Assembly (NCBI GenBank): GCA_913062655.1
Contig: CAJXXO010000001.1
Coordinates: forward strand, 1 to 50,745
Reading direction: 5' to 3'
From: an uncultured Bacteroidota bacterium
GTDB lineage: Bacteria; Bacteroidota; Bacteroidia; Chitinophagales; S012-47
DNA: 50,745 bases
Shown here: one piece after another, positions 1 through 9,669 of the stretch
Position numbering within the stretch: the first letter of the stretch is position 1
Layout of the letters: every line of letters begins with the position of its first letter
The notes under the pieces: model-generated
Database searches by the model: none
Seen by the model: only the letters and a program-made list of their open reading frames with translations
Told to the model about the DNA's origin: nothing
Translations under genes and position numbers: made by a program

Positions 1-222
1 CTCTCCCCCAACCCTGCCTCCACTTATATCCAACTGGAACTGCCACCTTCTGCCCTTCAGCAAGGCCAGCTCACCCTTACTGATCTGACAGGGCGAGTGG
101 TGCTGCACAAACAGCTACAGGGTAATGCTACGGTAACCGTAGGTAGTCTTCCGGCCGGGCTGTATCTGGTGGAGGTCACAGCAAATGATCAACGCTTTCA
201 GGGCAAGCTGATCGTCCAATGA
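1..222 (+). CDS. 3' end of a secreted protein carrying a T9SS (Por) C-terminal sorting domain; the 5' part lies outside the window
   Basis: Frame 1 is open from base 1 to TGA at 220-222. It reads LSPNPASTYIQLELP..GQLTLTDLTGRVVLHKQL..LPAGLYLVEVTANDQRFQGKLIVQ*, the usual ~70-aa Bacteroidota T9SS CTD pattern. Confidence 0.7.
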   Translation, partial: LSPNPASTYIQLELPPSALQQGQLTLTDLTGRVVLHKQLQGNATVTVGSLPAGLYLVEVTANDQRFQGKLIVQ

Positions 223-301
223 TCACTTCCGCAACAATTACCAAAACCTTTCCTCCGCTGATTCCTTAATTTAGTCGTTCTCACAACTAAAGCAAAGACG
301 T

Positions 302-3300
302 ATGAAGCGATGGTTATTGGTGCTGCTCCTTGGCAGCGTAGGTCTCCTCTCTGCCCAAGACATTGACTTATCTGTATTCGAAAACCTCAAGCCCCGCGCT
401 ATCGGTCCGGCCGGTATGAGTGGGCGGGTCACCAGCATAGATGTGGTGCCCCATCAGCCCGACATCATCTATGTGGGTACTGCTTCGGGTGGCTTGTGGA
501 AGTCTACCAGCGGTGGCACCCATTGGGAGCCAATCTTCGATGAGCAACCGGTGCAATCCATTGGTGCGGTAGCCATCGATCCATCCAACCCGTCCATCAT
601 CTGGGCAGGAACCGGGGAAGGCAATCCACGTAACAGCCACAATTCCGGCAAAGGCATTTACCGCTCCCTGGATGGTGGCAAGCACTGGACATTGATGGGA
701 CTGGAAGCCACACGCAACATCCACCGCGTCATCGTAGATCCGACCAACAGCGACATCGTATATGTTGCAGCCATGGGTAGCGCCTGGGGGCCTAACCCTG
801 AGCGAGGCGTTTATAAAACCACCGATGGCGGACGAAGCTGGGAGAAAGTCCTCTCCGCAGATGACTCCACCGGCTGTGCCGACCTGGTGATGGATCCCAC
901 CAATCCGAAAAAACTGGTGGCTGCCCTCTGGACCTTTGGTCGCAAGCCGTGGACGTTCAACTCCGGTGGAGAAGGGAGTGGTCTGTTCATCACCCATGAT
1001 GGCGGACAGACCTGGGAAGAGCGTACCCATGAAGATGGCCTGCCGAAAGGACCACTGGGCCGAATTGGTTTGGCCATTTCGCACAACAAACCCAATGTGA
1101 TGTATGCCTTGGTGGAAGCCAAAAAGCTGGGCTTGTACCGCAGTACAGATGGTGGCTTTACCTGGACCTTGCGAGGCAGTGATGAAAATGCTGGTAATCG
1201 CCCGTTCTACTATGCCGATATCTTCATCGATCCGCAAAATGAAAACCGCCTCTACAGCTTGTGGTCGCTCTTGAGTCGCAGCGAAGATGGCGGTAAGACC
1301 TTCGAGATTCTGGCCGGGTACAGCAAACTGCACCCCGACCATCAGGCCTTTTGGGTGAGCCCGGAAGATCCCGATTACCTCATAGCCGGTAATGATGGCG
1401 GCCTGGGCATCAGTCACGATGGGGGCGCCAACTGGCGCTTTGTCGAGAATCTGCCGCTCGGCCAATACTACCACATCAATTACGATAAGGAGGTGCCGTA
1501 CAACATCTATGGCGGTATGCAGGACAATGGCTCCTGGGTAGGTCCGGCCTACGTGTGGCGCAGGGGTGGTATCCGCAACAGCTACTTCCAGGAGCTGTAC
1601 TTCGGTGACGGCTTCGATGTGGTGCCGGTGCCTGGCGATAGCCGTTATGGCTATGCCATGTCGCAAGGTGGCAATGTAGCCCGCTACGACAAGGAGACGG
1701 GTGACAATGTATTTGTCAAGCCCGTGCATCCGGAGGGCAAGCCCTTGCGCTTCAACTGGGATGCGGCCATGGCAGCCGATCCGTTTAATGCTGATGCGCT
1801 GTACTTTGGCAGTCAGTACCTCCACCATAGCACCGACCGAGGCAAGAGCTGGAGCATCCTGTCACCCGACCTAACCACCAACGACACCAGCAAGCAGAAA
1901 CAGGCCGAAAGTGGTGGCCTTACCATTGACGCTACGCAAGCGGAAAACTTCACTACCATCACCGCTATCGGCCCCAGTCCACTGGATGAAAAAGTGATCT
2001 GGGTCGGTACAGACGATGGCAACGTACAACTCACAAGAGATGGAGGCGACACCTGGACCAACCTGGCCAGCAAGCTGAAAGGCCTGCCGGCTGGTAGTTG
2101 GATACACCAAGTCAACCCAAGTACCTACGCAGCAGGTGAAGCCTGGGTGGTGGCCAACAACTACCGCAGAAACGACTGGGCACCCTATGTGTATCACACG
2201 GATGACTTTGGTAAAAGCTGGACACGTGTCGCTACCCCCGATCAGGTGGAAGGGCACACCTGGAGCCTGGTGCAAGACCTGGAAGAACCCAATCTGGTCT
2301 TTCTTGGCACGGAGTACGGCCTCTACATCAGTTTCGACAAGGCCAAGACCTGGCACAAGTGGACCCACGGCTACCCATCGGTACCTACCCGAGACCTGAA
2401 GATCCACCCACGTGAACACGACCTGATCATCGGCACCTTCGGTCGGGCGGCCTATATCATGGATGATATTCGTCCGCTGCGGGCTATGGCAGCCGATGCC
2501 GAGGTATTGGACCAGCCGTTTGTGCAATTCCCTATTCCGGATGCCTACCTCGCTGCCACACAGCAGCCAAGTGGGGCCCGCTTCAATGCACAAGCCGACT
2601 GGGAGGGCGAGAACCGCACCTCTCGTGCCCGTCTGACCTACTACCTGGCCGAGAAGGGGCAACCTGAGGAACAAAAAGGCGACACAACACTACCGGAATA
2701 CAATTGGGAGAAATTGGCTGTCACCGTGTACAACAGCGATGGCGATACCGTACGCCATTACCATACTGACGCAGACACCGGTTTGCATCGCATCACCTGG
2801 AACCTGTCTGCCGATGGTACGCCTTTCCCCACTTATCGTGAACGGAAAGAGGACGATAATCGCCCAAGCGGACTATCTGTGCTACCGGGCACCTACACGG
2901 TGGAGTTGCGGTATGGTTCTTATGCAGACTCAGCAGAAGTAGAAGTGTTGGCCGATCCTCGGATCCCCTACGACCTGGAAGGCGAGCTGGCCAAGCGGGC
3001 TTTTATGGCCGAAATGGAAAGCATCGTAGCGAAGACCGATGCCGCTTTCGAGCAATTAAAAGCGGCCAAGCAATCACTCGATGTGGTAAAGGCCAATATG
3101 GAGCATGTTGATAAGGAAGACAAGGATTCTGTGATGAGCCATACCCAAATGATGGCCGACTCACTCAAAGAATTGATGGCGATCTACTTTACCCCTCAGG
3201 ATTTTGTCGGCTACGACCATGTAACCGTGCGACTGAGCGACCACTTGCAACTGGCGATGAACTTGCTGCAAAGCAGCCATGGTGAGCCGGGCGCCAATGC

Positions 3301-3457
3301 ATTGACGGCCATGAACAACGCCAAGGCAGAGGCAAAAATCGCCATCGAGCGGATCAATACGTTCTTTGCGGAAGATTGGGCCGAATACCAGGCCTTTGTA
3401 GAAACCATCGAGAAACCGTTATTCCCTGATCGGGAACCGGTCGACTTGGAAGACTAA
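302..3457 (+). CDS. Secreted BNR/Asp-box repeat protein, sortilin/VPS10-like (often annotated 'glycosyl hydrolase')
   Basis: 1051-aa ORF with an N-terminal signal peptide (MKRWLLVLLLGSVGLLSAQ). It has 11 Asp-box-like motifs (STSGGTHW, SLDGGKHW, TTDGGRSW, THDGGQTW, STDGGFTW, SEDGGKTF, SHDGGANW, STDRGKSW, TRDGGDTW, TDDFGKSW, SFDKAKTW) and a helical C-terminal region. Confidence 0.8.
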   Translation: MKRWLLVLLLGSVGLLSAQDIDLSVFENLKPRAIGPAGMSGRVTSIDVVPHQPDIIYVGTASGGLWKSTSGGTHWEPIFDEQPVQSIGAVAIDPSNPSIIWAGTGEGNPRNSHNSGKGIYRSLDGGKHWTLMGLEATRNIHRVIVDPTNSDIVYVAAMGSAWGPNPERGVYKTTDGGRSWEKVLSADDSTGCADLVMDPTNPKKLVAALWTFGRKPWTFNSGGEGSGLFITHDGGQTWEERTHEDGLPKGPLGRIGLAISHNKPNVMYALVEAKKLGLYRSTDGGFTWTLRGSDENAGNRPFYYADIFIDPQNENRLYSLWSLLSRSEDGGKTFEILAGYSKLHPDHQAFWVSPEDPDYLIAGNDGGLGISHDGGANWRFVENLPLGQYYHINYDKEVPYNIYGGMQDNGSWVGPAYVWRRGGIRNSYFQELYFGDGFDVVPVPGDSRYGYAMSQGGNVARYDKETGDNVFVKPVHPEGKPLRFNWDAAMAADPFNADALYFGSQYLHHSTDRGKSWSILSPDLTTNDTSKQKQAESGGLTIDATQAENFTTITAIGPSPLDEKVIWVGTDDGNVQLTRDGGDTWTNLASKLKGLPAGSWIHQVNPSTYAAGEAWVVANNYRRNDWAPYVYHTDDFGKSWTRVATPDQVEGHTWSLVQDLEEPNLVFLGTEYGLYISFDKAKTWHKWTHGYPSVPTRDLKIHPREHDLIIGTFGRAAYIMDDIRPLRAMAADAEVLDQPFVQFPIPDAYLAATQQPSGARFNAQADWEGENRTSRARLTYYLAEKGQPEEQKGDTTLPEYNWEKLAVTVYNSDGDTVRHYHTDADTGLHRITWNLSADGTPFPTYRERKEDDNRPSGLSVLPGTYTVELRYGSYADSAEVEVLADPRIPYDLEGELAKRAFMAEMESIVAKTDAAFEQLKAAKQSLDVVKANMEHVDKEDKDSVMSHTQMMADSLKELMAIYFTPQDFVGYDHVTVRLSDHLQLAMNLLQSSHGEPGANALTAMNNAKAEAKIAIERINTFFAEDWAEYQAFVETIEKPLFPDREPVDLED

Positions 3458-3494
3458 ATAAAAAAAGGGCGCTCCGATCGAAGCGCCCTTTTTT
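3458..3494. terminator. Bidirectional intrinsic terminator shared by two convergent genes
   Basis: Stem GGGCGCT (3467-3473) pairs with AGCGCCC (3482-3488) around an 8-nt loop. It is preceded by an A-run (3458-3466) and followed by TTTTTT (3489-3494). It lies between the stop codons at 3457 (+) and 3514 (-). Confidence 0.8.
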
Positions 3495-3513
3495 ATTCAC
3501 CAGTTAGCTGCAC

Positions 3514-6500
3514 TTACTGCACTTGCAAGGTCTCCGTAGCTTGCCAGTCTTCGCCTCGTAGTTCTACCATATACATGCCGGCCGACAGCTCTTCTACCGG
3601 TAAGGTAATCCGCTGATTATCCGCCCACTGCAGTGCTCGTTGATAGACCACTTGTCCGCGAATATTCAGCACTCGTACCTGTCCACTACCCTCAACACCT
3701 CGTACCTCAAGGGTCGCCTGCCGGGTGGTGGGATTAGGATACAGGGTCCAACTTTGCGTTCCGGCAGTAGCTATGCTGGTCGGGATACCCCGTACCAGTG
3801 TCACCTCAAGTGCGGTTCCTGCCGTAAGCAGGCTACCGTCACCGGCAAGGGCCCGGTGATAAACCGTGAGGGTATCGTTGGCAGCTACGCCAATATTGGC
3901 CAACAGCGTATCCAGCTTGTTGAAGGCCACATCTACCGTTGCCATTGTACTGGCCTCAGTAGTGAGCAATGGATTGGCAAAGGAATCTGTTGCTGCCACC
4001 TGCCAGTGATAAACGACTTCATTGCCATCCGGATCATTGACCATATCAAAATCTACGTCCAACGTATTTCCGATAGCCACATCAAAAAGTGCTCCGGGAC
4101 TTGGGGTTTGGATGCCTGGTGTCTCCGGGAAAAAGTTAGGTGAAGGCAAAACTTGTCCCCTGATTTCACCCGCTGGATGATTGAGCGAGTGTACATTGGT
4201 GTAAAGTTCGCCTTCTACCATCGCCTCTACTTCTACCGGCATCAATTGAAATTGGTTGTTGGCTGCAGCAATGGTACCGTTAAGTAAATTGGCACTTGCA
4301 GCCACATCCAGTGCTACGGATACGATACCATTATTGCCTACCGCAGCATTGTGCAGGTGAGCTCCACCAGCTATTGAAGTATCCAGTGCAGCAGATAAGT
4401 TGGCGAAAGAACCGGAGGCTACGATGCTTTCCCCCGACAATTCCAGCACAATCGCACCGGATGCGCTTGTGGCAATGGGCGTGGGTTGATTGAAACCACT
4501 CAAATGGGCGCGATAATATTGGTCTGCAGCCGGTAGAAGCTGTGCGCGCAATTCACCGGCTCCATAATTAGTAGTGTGCAGGTTAGCATACAGTCCACGT
4601 GCCTTGAGCGAAGCTTGCTCGGTAGCACTCATGGTAAATTGGTTGTCATCCGGCCCATATGTACCGGATTGGAGAGTGGCTTCCAGGTCACCATCCAGCA
4701 CAAAGGTAACCGGGCCACTTTCACCCGCTAATCCTGTGTGCAAATGGGCTCCACCGGCAATACTGGTATCCATGGCGCTGGATAAATTATCGAACGATCC
4801 ATACACGGTCAGTTCACCATTATTCGACTCGGCAAACAGCGCCCCGCTGGCCATACTATTGATAGCCGGGGTTTGTGCGGAAGCCGAAAGTGGGGCATAG
4901 TAGTAGGCCTCTGCCTCTGCCGCCACCTGTCCACGGGCGGCTCCACTCGCATGATCCAGTGTGTGCACATTTACATACACTTCTCGATCACGCATCGCAG
5001 TGATATCAGTCGCAGTTAGATTGTAGGTATTATCTGTAGCCAGGAAGATACCCTGCTCAAGTGAAATGGCGGTGCGGGCGTTCAAGCCTTGCAGAATAGA
5101 GCCGGTTTCACCTACTACACCGCTGTGCAAGTGGACACCATTGGCGATGCTAACATCCAGGTCGCTGCCCAAGTTGGCAAAGCTACCCGTAGCGACCACC
5201 GTTTCATTTTGTACCTCCATCAGCAGTCGTCCTCTGGCTTGTGTATTTACATGAGGTACCGTTTGGGCCCCTGAGATATCTGCTACAAAGTACATTTCTT
5301 TCAATGGCAACATTTGTCCACGAATCTCACCGGCCGGGTGGTCCTGGGTATGAATATTGGCATACAGGCTTCTATCCATCAGGGCTTCTACCTGTGTACT
5401 GGTCAGCGTGAAGGTGTTACTGTCAGCGATATACTGGCCTCCGCGCAGGTTGGCATCGGCTTGTGTTTGCAGTGCTATTTCAACACCCCCTGTTCTGCCC
5501 GCCAGCGCCTGATGTAAATGAGCACCAATACCGGGATCGAAGTCGCTATCCAGATCACGAAAAGCACCCACTACAATCAATTGGCTGCCATCCAATTCGG
5601 CTATCAATTGGCCCCGTCCACTGCTTTGCGTACTGGGCACTTCCTGTGCGCCTGATAAGTGAGCGCGGAATATCGCCTGGCTCATACCCATTACCTGACC
5701 ACGTATTTCACCGGATGGGTGCATGGTCGTATGGATGTTGACATAGAGGTTACGTTTCTCCAGTGCCGACCGCTGGTTGGCGGTGAGTGTGTAGGTATTG
5801 CTGTCAGCAATGAAAATGCCACTCTTCAGGCTCGCATCGACTGTAGCCTGTAAAGGAATTTCCACCCCTCCATTTTGTCCGGGAAGACCAAGATGTAAGT
5901 GTGCTCCTCCGCCAATTGAGGCGTCAAAATCACCTTCCAACTGGTTAAACGAGCCGCTTACTTCGATATCATTGCCATTCTGGGCGATAACGACTTTACC
6001 GCCTCCCCTGGAATAAACTCGGGGAAATTCGCTACTACCGGTCAATTCTGCCATGTAGTAGTCGGTATTGGATTGGCTCGGCAGCAACTGCCCGCGGATT
6101 TCTCCGGCAGGGTGAGCTACAGTGTGAATATTCACATACAAACCGTGTTGATCCAATGCCAATAGTTGATTGGCCGACAGCGTAAAGGTGTTAGCTATTG
6201 CGCTGAAGCTTCCTGATAGGGAGTCAACCGCCAGGGTAGGTACCAGCGACAGCTCGACTCCGCCATCCTGGCCGGCCAATCCTGCATGGATGTGGGTGCC
6301 TGTAACCGCTACCGGTGCAACGGGACTCGATAAGCCTTGAAATTGACCCGTAACGGTCAATACATTACCGGTGAGGGACGCGGTTATTTCACCAGAGGCT
6401 TCCGTGAGCACCGTCTGTGTCTCCTGGTAGCCGGTAAGCTTGGCTTCATAGGTCTGCTGACCCATAAGCCAGGAGCCTGTAAAGAGTAAACTAAATAAAA

Positions 6501-6531
6501 ACGTAAGGGTACGTAGTTGTTGGATTCTCAT
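3514..6531 (-). CDS. Secreted protein with six tandem CHRD domains and a T9SS C-terminal sorting domain
   Basis: 1005-aa ORF with a signal peptide. Six ~125-aa units each contain an H-x-H-x-G-x-x-G-x-x-G-x-V motif (THIHAGLAGQDGGVE, AHLHLGLPGQNGGVE, AHLHQALAGRTGGVE, VHLHSGVVGETGSI, AHLHTGLAGESGPV, AHLHNAAVGNNGIV). Each unit ends with LYVNIHT..HP.GEIRGQ. The C-terminus (WTLYPNPTTRQATLEV..LSAGMYMVELRGE..LQVQ) is CTD-like. Confidence 0.85.
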   Translation of the reverse strand: MRIQQLRTLTFLFSLLFTGSWLMGQQTYEAKLTGYQETQTVLTEASGEITASLTGNVLTVTGQFQGLSSPVAPVAVTGTHIHAGLAGQDGGVELSLVPTLAVDSLSGSFSAIANTFTLSANQLLALDQHGLYVNIHTVAHPAGEIRGQLLPSQSNTDYYMAELTGSSEFPRVYSRGGGKVVIAQNGNDIEVSGSFNQLEGDFDASIGGGAHLHLGLPGQNGGVEIPLQATVDASLKSGIFIADSNTYTLTANQRSALEKRNLYVNIHTTMHPSGEIRGQVMGMSQAIFRAHLSGAQEVPSTQSSGRGQLIAELDGSQLIVVGAFRDLDSDFDPGIGAHLHQALAGRTGGVEIALQTQADANLRGGQYIADSNTFTLTSTQVEALMDRSLYANIHTQDHPAGEIRGQMLPLKEMYFVADISGAQTVPHVNTQARGRLLMEVQNETVVATGSFANLGSDLDVSIANGVHLHSGVVGETGSILQGLNARTAISLEQGIFLATDNTYNLTATDITAMRDREVYVNVHTLDHASGAARGQVAAEAEAYYYAPLSASAQTPAINSMASGALFAESNNGELTVYGSFDNLSSAMDTSIAGGAHLHTGLAGESGPVTFVLDGDLEATLQSGTYGPDDNQFTMSATEQASLKARGLYANLHTTNYGAGELRAQLLPAADQYYRAHLSGFNQPTPIATSASGAIVLELSGESIVASGSFANLSAALDTSIAGGAHLHNAAVGNNGIVSVALDVAASANLLNGTIAAANNQFQLMPVEVEAMVEGELYTNVHSLNHPAGEIRGQVLPSPNFFPETPGIQTPSPGALFDVAIGNTLDVDFDMVNDPDGNEVVYHWQVAATDSFANPLLTTEASTMATVDVAFNKLDTLLANIGVAANDTLTVYHRALAGDGSLLTAGTALEVTLVRGIPTSIATAGTQSWTLYPNPTTRQATLEVRGVEGSGQVRVLNIRGQVVYQRALQWADNQRITLPVEELSAGMYMVELRGEDWQATETLQVQ
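4147..6450 (-). repeat. Six tandem CHRD-domain coding repeats (protein-level periodicity ~125-130 aa)
   Basis: Repeat units at about aa 28-150, 158-280, 287-409, 414-537, 543-667 and 672-795 of the 3514..6531 ORF, counted by hand. The units are diverged at DNA level. Confidence 0.8.
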
Positions 6532-6749
6532 AATGAAGTTTTGATGAAAGAATTTCTTGCCTTCATCATGAGGTACGACTTAAACGCAAGGTCGGATTGC
6601 GGGAAAGGAAAAAGAACAGTACACCTCATGAAGAGGCCGTATGTGTGAGGGTAACTGTTCGCAGCAAAAATCGTTGGCTAAAATGCAATTCATTTAAAAT
6701 AAGACCTGTATTCCCCCCGAATCTGCCAGCTATCAACTATTTCAAATAG

Positions 6750-6774
6750 AAAAGGCGCTTTGTGGGCGCCTTTT
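6750..6774 (-). terminator. Intrinsic terminator downstream of the PspC-domain gene
   Basis: AAAAGGCGC (6750-6758) pairs with GCGCCTTTT (6766-6774) around a 7-nt loop. On the minus strand the stem is followed by a T-rich run. It lies 29 nt past the stop at 6803. Confidence 0.65.
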
Positions 6775-6802
6775 CTGAATACAACGAGCATTGACATGGT
6801 TT

Positions 6803-8323
6803 TCAATCCCATTCCCAATTGATGTGTCGTTCTTCGAACTCTTCCAGCTTGGGATCAATAATGGCTGCCTTACCTTCCGGCACCCGTACTATCATTCTAA
6901 CGTGTTGATTGCGCCAAGGGTGGTCTCCGATCTGAAAAACCGGGTCGAGAAGTAGCTCGTTTCCTGCCATTTCGTAATGGTAGTCTATATCCCGAGCTCT
7001 ATTCCGGGCTTCTATACTGGTATTGCCCCGTGCATAATAGTAAGTGGATATCACATAGAAAGAGTCAGTACCGGGAATGGTTCTCAATTCAATATCGGTA
7101 AAGTGGAGGCTGTCCACATTCATATTCATACCCGAATAGTTGATGTGCAGCTCCTCTTCACCTCGAATGATCAGGTGTCCCTCATGCTGCCACAAGTGCT
7201 CGTGATCGCTCAGCGTGATGAACAGCGAATCGCCCGTGAAGTCATCGAGAACCTCGCGGTCTGAGACAGCGCCACTGTTGGCAAAATCGGTGCCGAGCCA
7301 GATGCCTCCGGATATGGTCAATCCCAAGCTAACCAAAAATACGCCCAGGAAGCCCAGGTGGACCCACCTGCGGTTTTGCTTCACTTTCAGCAAGGCCAAT
7401 ACCATGGAAGTGATAAACCATATGATCGGTACAATGGTGACCAATAGGATACCGGCACTCAACAATATAGCCTGGCTATTACTGGAAAAGATGACATCAT
7501 TCAGAAATGGCAGGCTGATGGAGAAGGCCGTGCCTGTCGTGAATATGGCCAGCAGCAGACTGCCCAGAATGACCAGACCAATAATAATGGCCAATACCCC
7601 TAGCAATTTGCCGGCAAAGCGTAGTACCTGTCCCAGGCCGTTACTCACGGTATTCGCCCCGCTGCGCAGCGAGTCGGAGGCCTGCTTTACCCGCTCGCTG
7701 TCGCTAAAATTTTCCTTGGCAAATCCTTTTACCCGTTGGCCAACATCATCCAACTGCTCACGTACCGATTTCTCAATGCTATTGATGTTGATGGGCTCAC
7801 CCCGCATTTGCATCTTTTCGGTGGTCGTGTTGGCCTCTGGCAGAATGATCCAAAGAATGATGTAGATCAACACCCCTGTTCCCCAAAAAATGATGGACAA
7901 GGCAAAGAGCAAGCGAAACCACACTGGATCAACATTGAAGTAAGCGCCCAGGCCTGAGGCCACACCGCCTACCACCTTGTCGTCCGGATTGCGAAAAAAC
8001 CGCCTCCCTACATAGATAGATTCCGTTGTGCTCCTGGACTTACCTTCTTCTTCGGCTCCTACATCTTCAAAGTCTTCCGGCTTGCCCATGATTTCAATCA
8101 CGGCATCTACATCGACCTCATTGACAATGCTGCGCTTGCCGTCCAACCGGCTTTGCAGGATCTCTGCAATGCGCGCTTCGATGTCTTCCATGATCTCTGT
8201 AGATACATTGGTCTGTTTAAAGTATTGACGCAACTTGTCCAGATAGCGATGCAGCTTATGGTACGCGTTCTCATCTACGGTAAAGACAATGCCGCCAATA
8301 TTTGCATTTACTGTCTTATTCAT
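6803..8323 (-). CDS. PspC domain-containing membrane protein
   Basis: 506-aa ORF. The PspC-type segment is RRFFRNPDDKVVGGVASGLGAYFNVDPVWFRLLFALSIIFWGTGVLIYIILWIILP, followed by several more TM helices. It overlaps the upstream PadR gene by 8 nt, which is the common PadR-PspC pairing. Confidence 0.85.
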   Translation of the reverse strand: MNKTVNANIGGIVFTVDENAYHKLHRYLDKLRQYFKQTNVSTEIMEDIEARIAEILQSRLDGKRSIVNEVDVDAVIEIMGKPEDFEDVGAEEEGKSRSTTESIYVGRRFFRNPDDKVVGGVASGLGAYFNVDPVWFRLLFALSIIFWGTGVLIYIILWIILPEANTTTEKMQMRGEPININSIEKSVREQLDDVGQRVKGFAKENFSDSERVKQASDSLRSGANTVSNGLGQVLRFAGKLLGVLAIIIGLVILGSLLLAIFTTGTAFSISLPFLNDVIFSSNSQAILLSAGILLVTIVPIIWFITSMVLALLKVKQNRRWVHLGFLGVFLVSLGLTISGGIWLGTDFANSGAVSDREVLDDFTGDSLFITLSDHEHLWQHEGHLIIRGEEELHINYSGMNMNVDSLHFTDIELRTIPGTDSFYVISTYYYARGNTSIEARNRARDIDYHYEMAGNELLLDPVFQIGDHPWRNQHVRMIVRVPEGKAAIIDPKLEEFEERHINWEWD

Positions 8324-8660
8324 GGTTTTGTGTGTTTTGCGTGATGGTGGCTACGCTTTGTGACAAGGTGCCCCAGGTCTTTTTCAATTCTTTCAAATGA
8401 AGTTTTCCGTTTTCGGTCAGTTTGTAGTACTTCCGGGGCGGTCCACTTTTTGACTCCACCCAGGAATAGTCGAGTAAGCCGCCTTTCATCAAGCGACTCA
8501 GGAGCGGATAGAGTGTTCCCTCCACTACGATGAGCTCAGCCTCCTTCATGCGGGCAATGATGTCGGATGGATACACTTCCTTTTCCGCATCAATGATCCC
8601 TAGAATGCAGAGCTCGAGGATGCCTTTTCGCATTTGCGCTTTCGAGTTTTCCAGGTTCAT
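8316..8660 (-). CDS. PadR family transcriptional regulator
   Basis: 114 aa. Winged-helix PadR signature: ILELCILGII..YPSDII..EGTLYPLLSRLMKGGLL..W.ES.SGPPRKYYKLTENG. Confidence 0.9.
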   Translation of the reverse strand: MNLENSKAQMRKGILELCILGIIDAEKEVYPSDIIARMKEAELIVVEGTLYPLLSRLMKGGLLDYSWVESKSGPPRKYYKLTENGKLHLKELKKTWGTLSQSVATITQNTQNHE

Positions 8661-8804
8661 GGTGTAAAAGTAGGGTATAGAAAGGTATTATGCAATACAA
8701 GGTACTATTTAAAGGCCAGTATTTTGCATACTTTAACACTGCGCCCCTCATGTAATGATTCGCCTTAATTTTAGAAAAAGATTTAGCCTCTTCAGATAAT
8801 GCGC

Positions 8805-8812
8805 TAATTTTG
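8805..8812 (+). promoter_or_regulatory. Candidate Bacteroidota -7 promoter box (TAnnTTTG) for the MscS gene
   Basis: TAATTTTG lies 42 nt upstream of the ATG at 8854. No convincing -33 TTTG at the canonical spacing. Confidence 0.35.
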
Positions 8813-8853
8813 TGCACCCCACGGTTTATTCTTTTTCTTAAACCCTTTGTAAC

Positions 8854-9663
8854 ATGAACATTGATTTTCAAGCAGAGCTTTCCCGGATCATCACCGATTA
8901 TGGTCCTACGTTCATCATGGCCATTGTCGTACTCATTCTGGGACTATGGATTATTGGCCGCATTGTTAAGGTGGTCGGTAATGTAATGCAGAAGCGGGGT
9001 GTAGACCCCTCCTTGCAGCCTTTCCTGCGAAGTGTATTGGGGGCCTTGCTCAAGGTGATGCTCTTCATCTCTGTATTGGGCATGGTTGGCATCGAAATGA
9101 CCTCTTTCATTGCCGTACTTGGTGCGGCTGGTTTGGCCGTGGGTCTGGCCCTGCAGGGTAGCCTGGCCAATTTTGCCGGTGGTGTGCTGATCTTGCTGCT
9201 GAAGCCTTTTAAAGTGGGTGACTTTATTGAAGGCGTTGGTCAATCAGGTAGTGTACGAGAGATTCAAATTTTCTATACCTACATCACCACGCCAACAGGG
9301 CAGGAAATCATTGTACCCAACGCTCAACTATCCAACAACGTGGTAAAGAATTACTCTTTCCACAATACCCGCAGACTGGATATGACCTTCGGCATTGGCT
9401 ATGGCGATGATATTGACAAAGCCAAAGGCATCATTTCCAAGTTAGCAGGAGAGGAAACCCGCTTTTTGGATGAGCAGGGGGTTACCATCTTCGTAGAAGC
9501 CCTGGCCGACAGCAGCGTAAACATTCGCCTGCGTGCCTGGACGAAGAATGATGATTACTGGGACATCTACAACAACTTCAACGAGAAGGTGAAGAAGGCA
9601 TTCGATGCCGAAAAGGTGAATATTCCTTTCCCTCAAATGGATGTACACGTACACAATTCTTAA
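8854..9663 (+). CDS. Small-conductance mechanosensitive channel (MscS family)
   Basis: 269 aa with three N-terminal TM helices, then LQGSLANFAGGVLILLLKPFKVGDFIE..G..GSVREIQIFYTYITTPTGQEIIVPNAQL, the conserved MscS pore/beta-domain region. Confidence 0.9.
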   Translation: MNIDFQAELSRIITDYGPTFIMAIVVLILGLWIIGRIVKVVGNVMQKRGVDPSLQPFLRSVLGALLKVMLFISVLGMVGIEMTSFIAVLGAAGLAVGLALQGSLANFAGGVLILLLKPFKVGDFIEGVGQSGSVREIQIFYTYITTPTGQEIIVPNAQLSNNVVKNYSFHNTRRLDMTFGIGYGDDIDKAKGIISKLAGEETRFLDEQGVTIFVEALADSSVNIRLRAWTKNDDYWDIYNNFNEKVKKAFDAEKVNIPFPQMDVHVHNS

Positions 9664-9669
9664 TAATCT

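Noticed and set aside
368-1828. Long antisense ORFs inside well-supported genes: 368..1828 (486 aa), 1871..2674, 7215..7865, 14164..14934 (256 aa), 15565..16167, 15785..16306, 16314..16952.
   Set aside because: They lie opposite genes with clear family motifs. Their composition is skewed (Arg/Ser/Gly/Val- or Leu-rich) and shows no recognisable domains. Such shadow ORFs are expected in genes with this codon bias.
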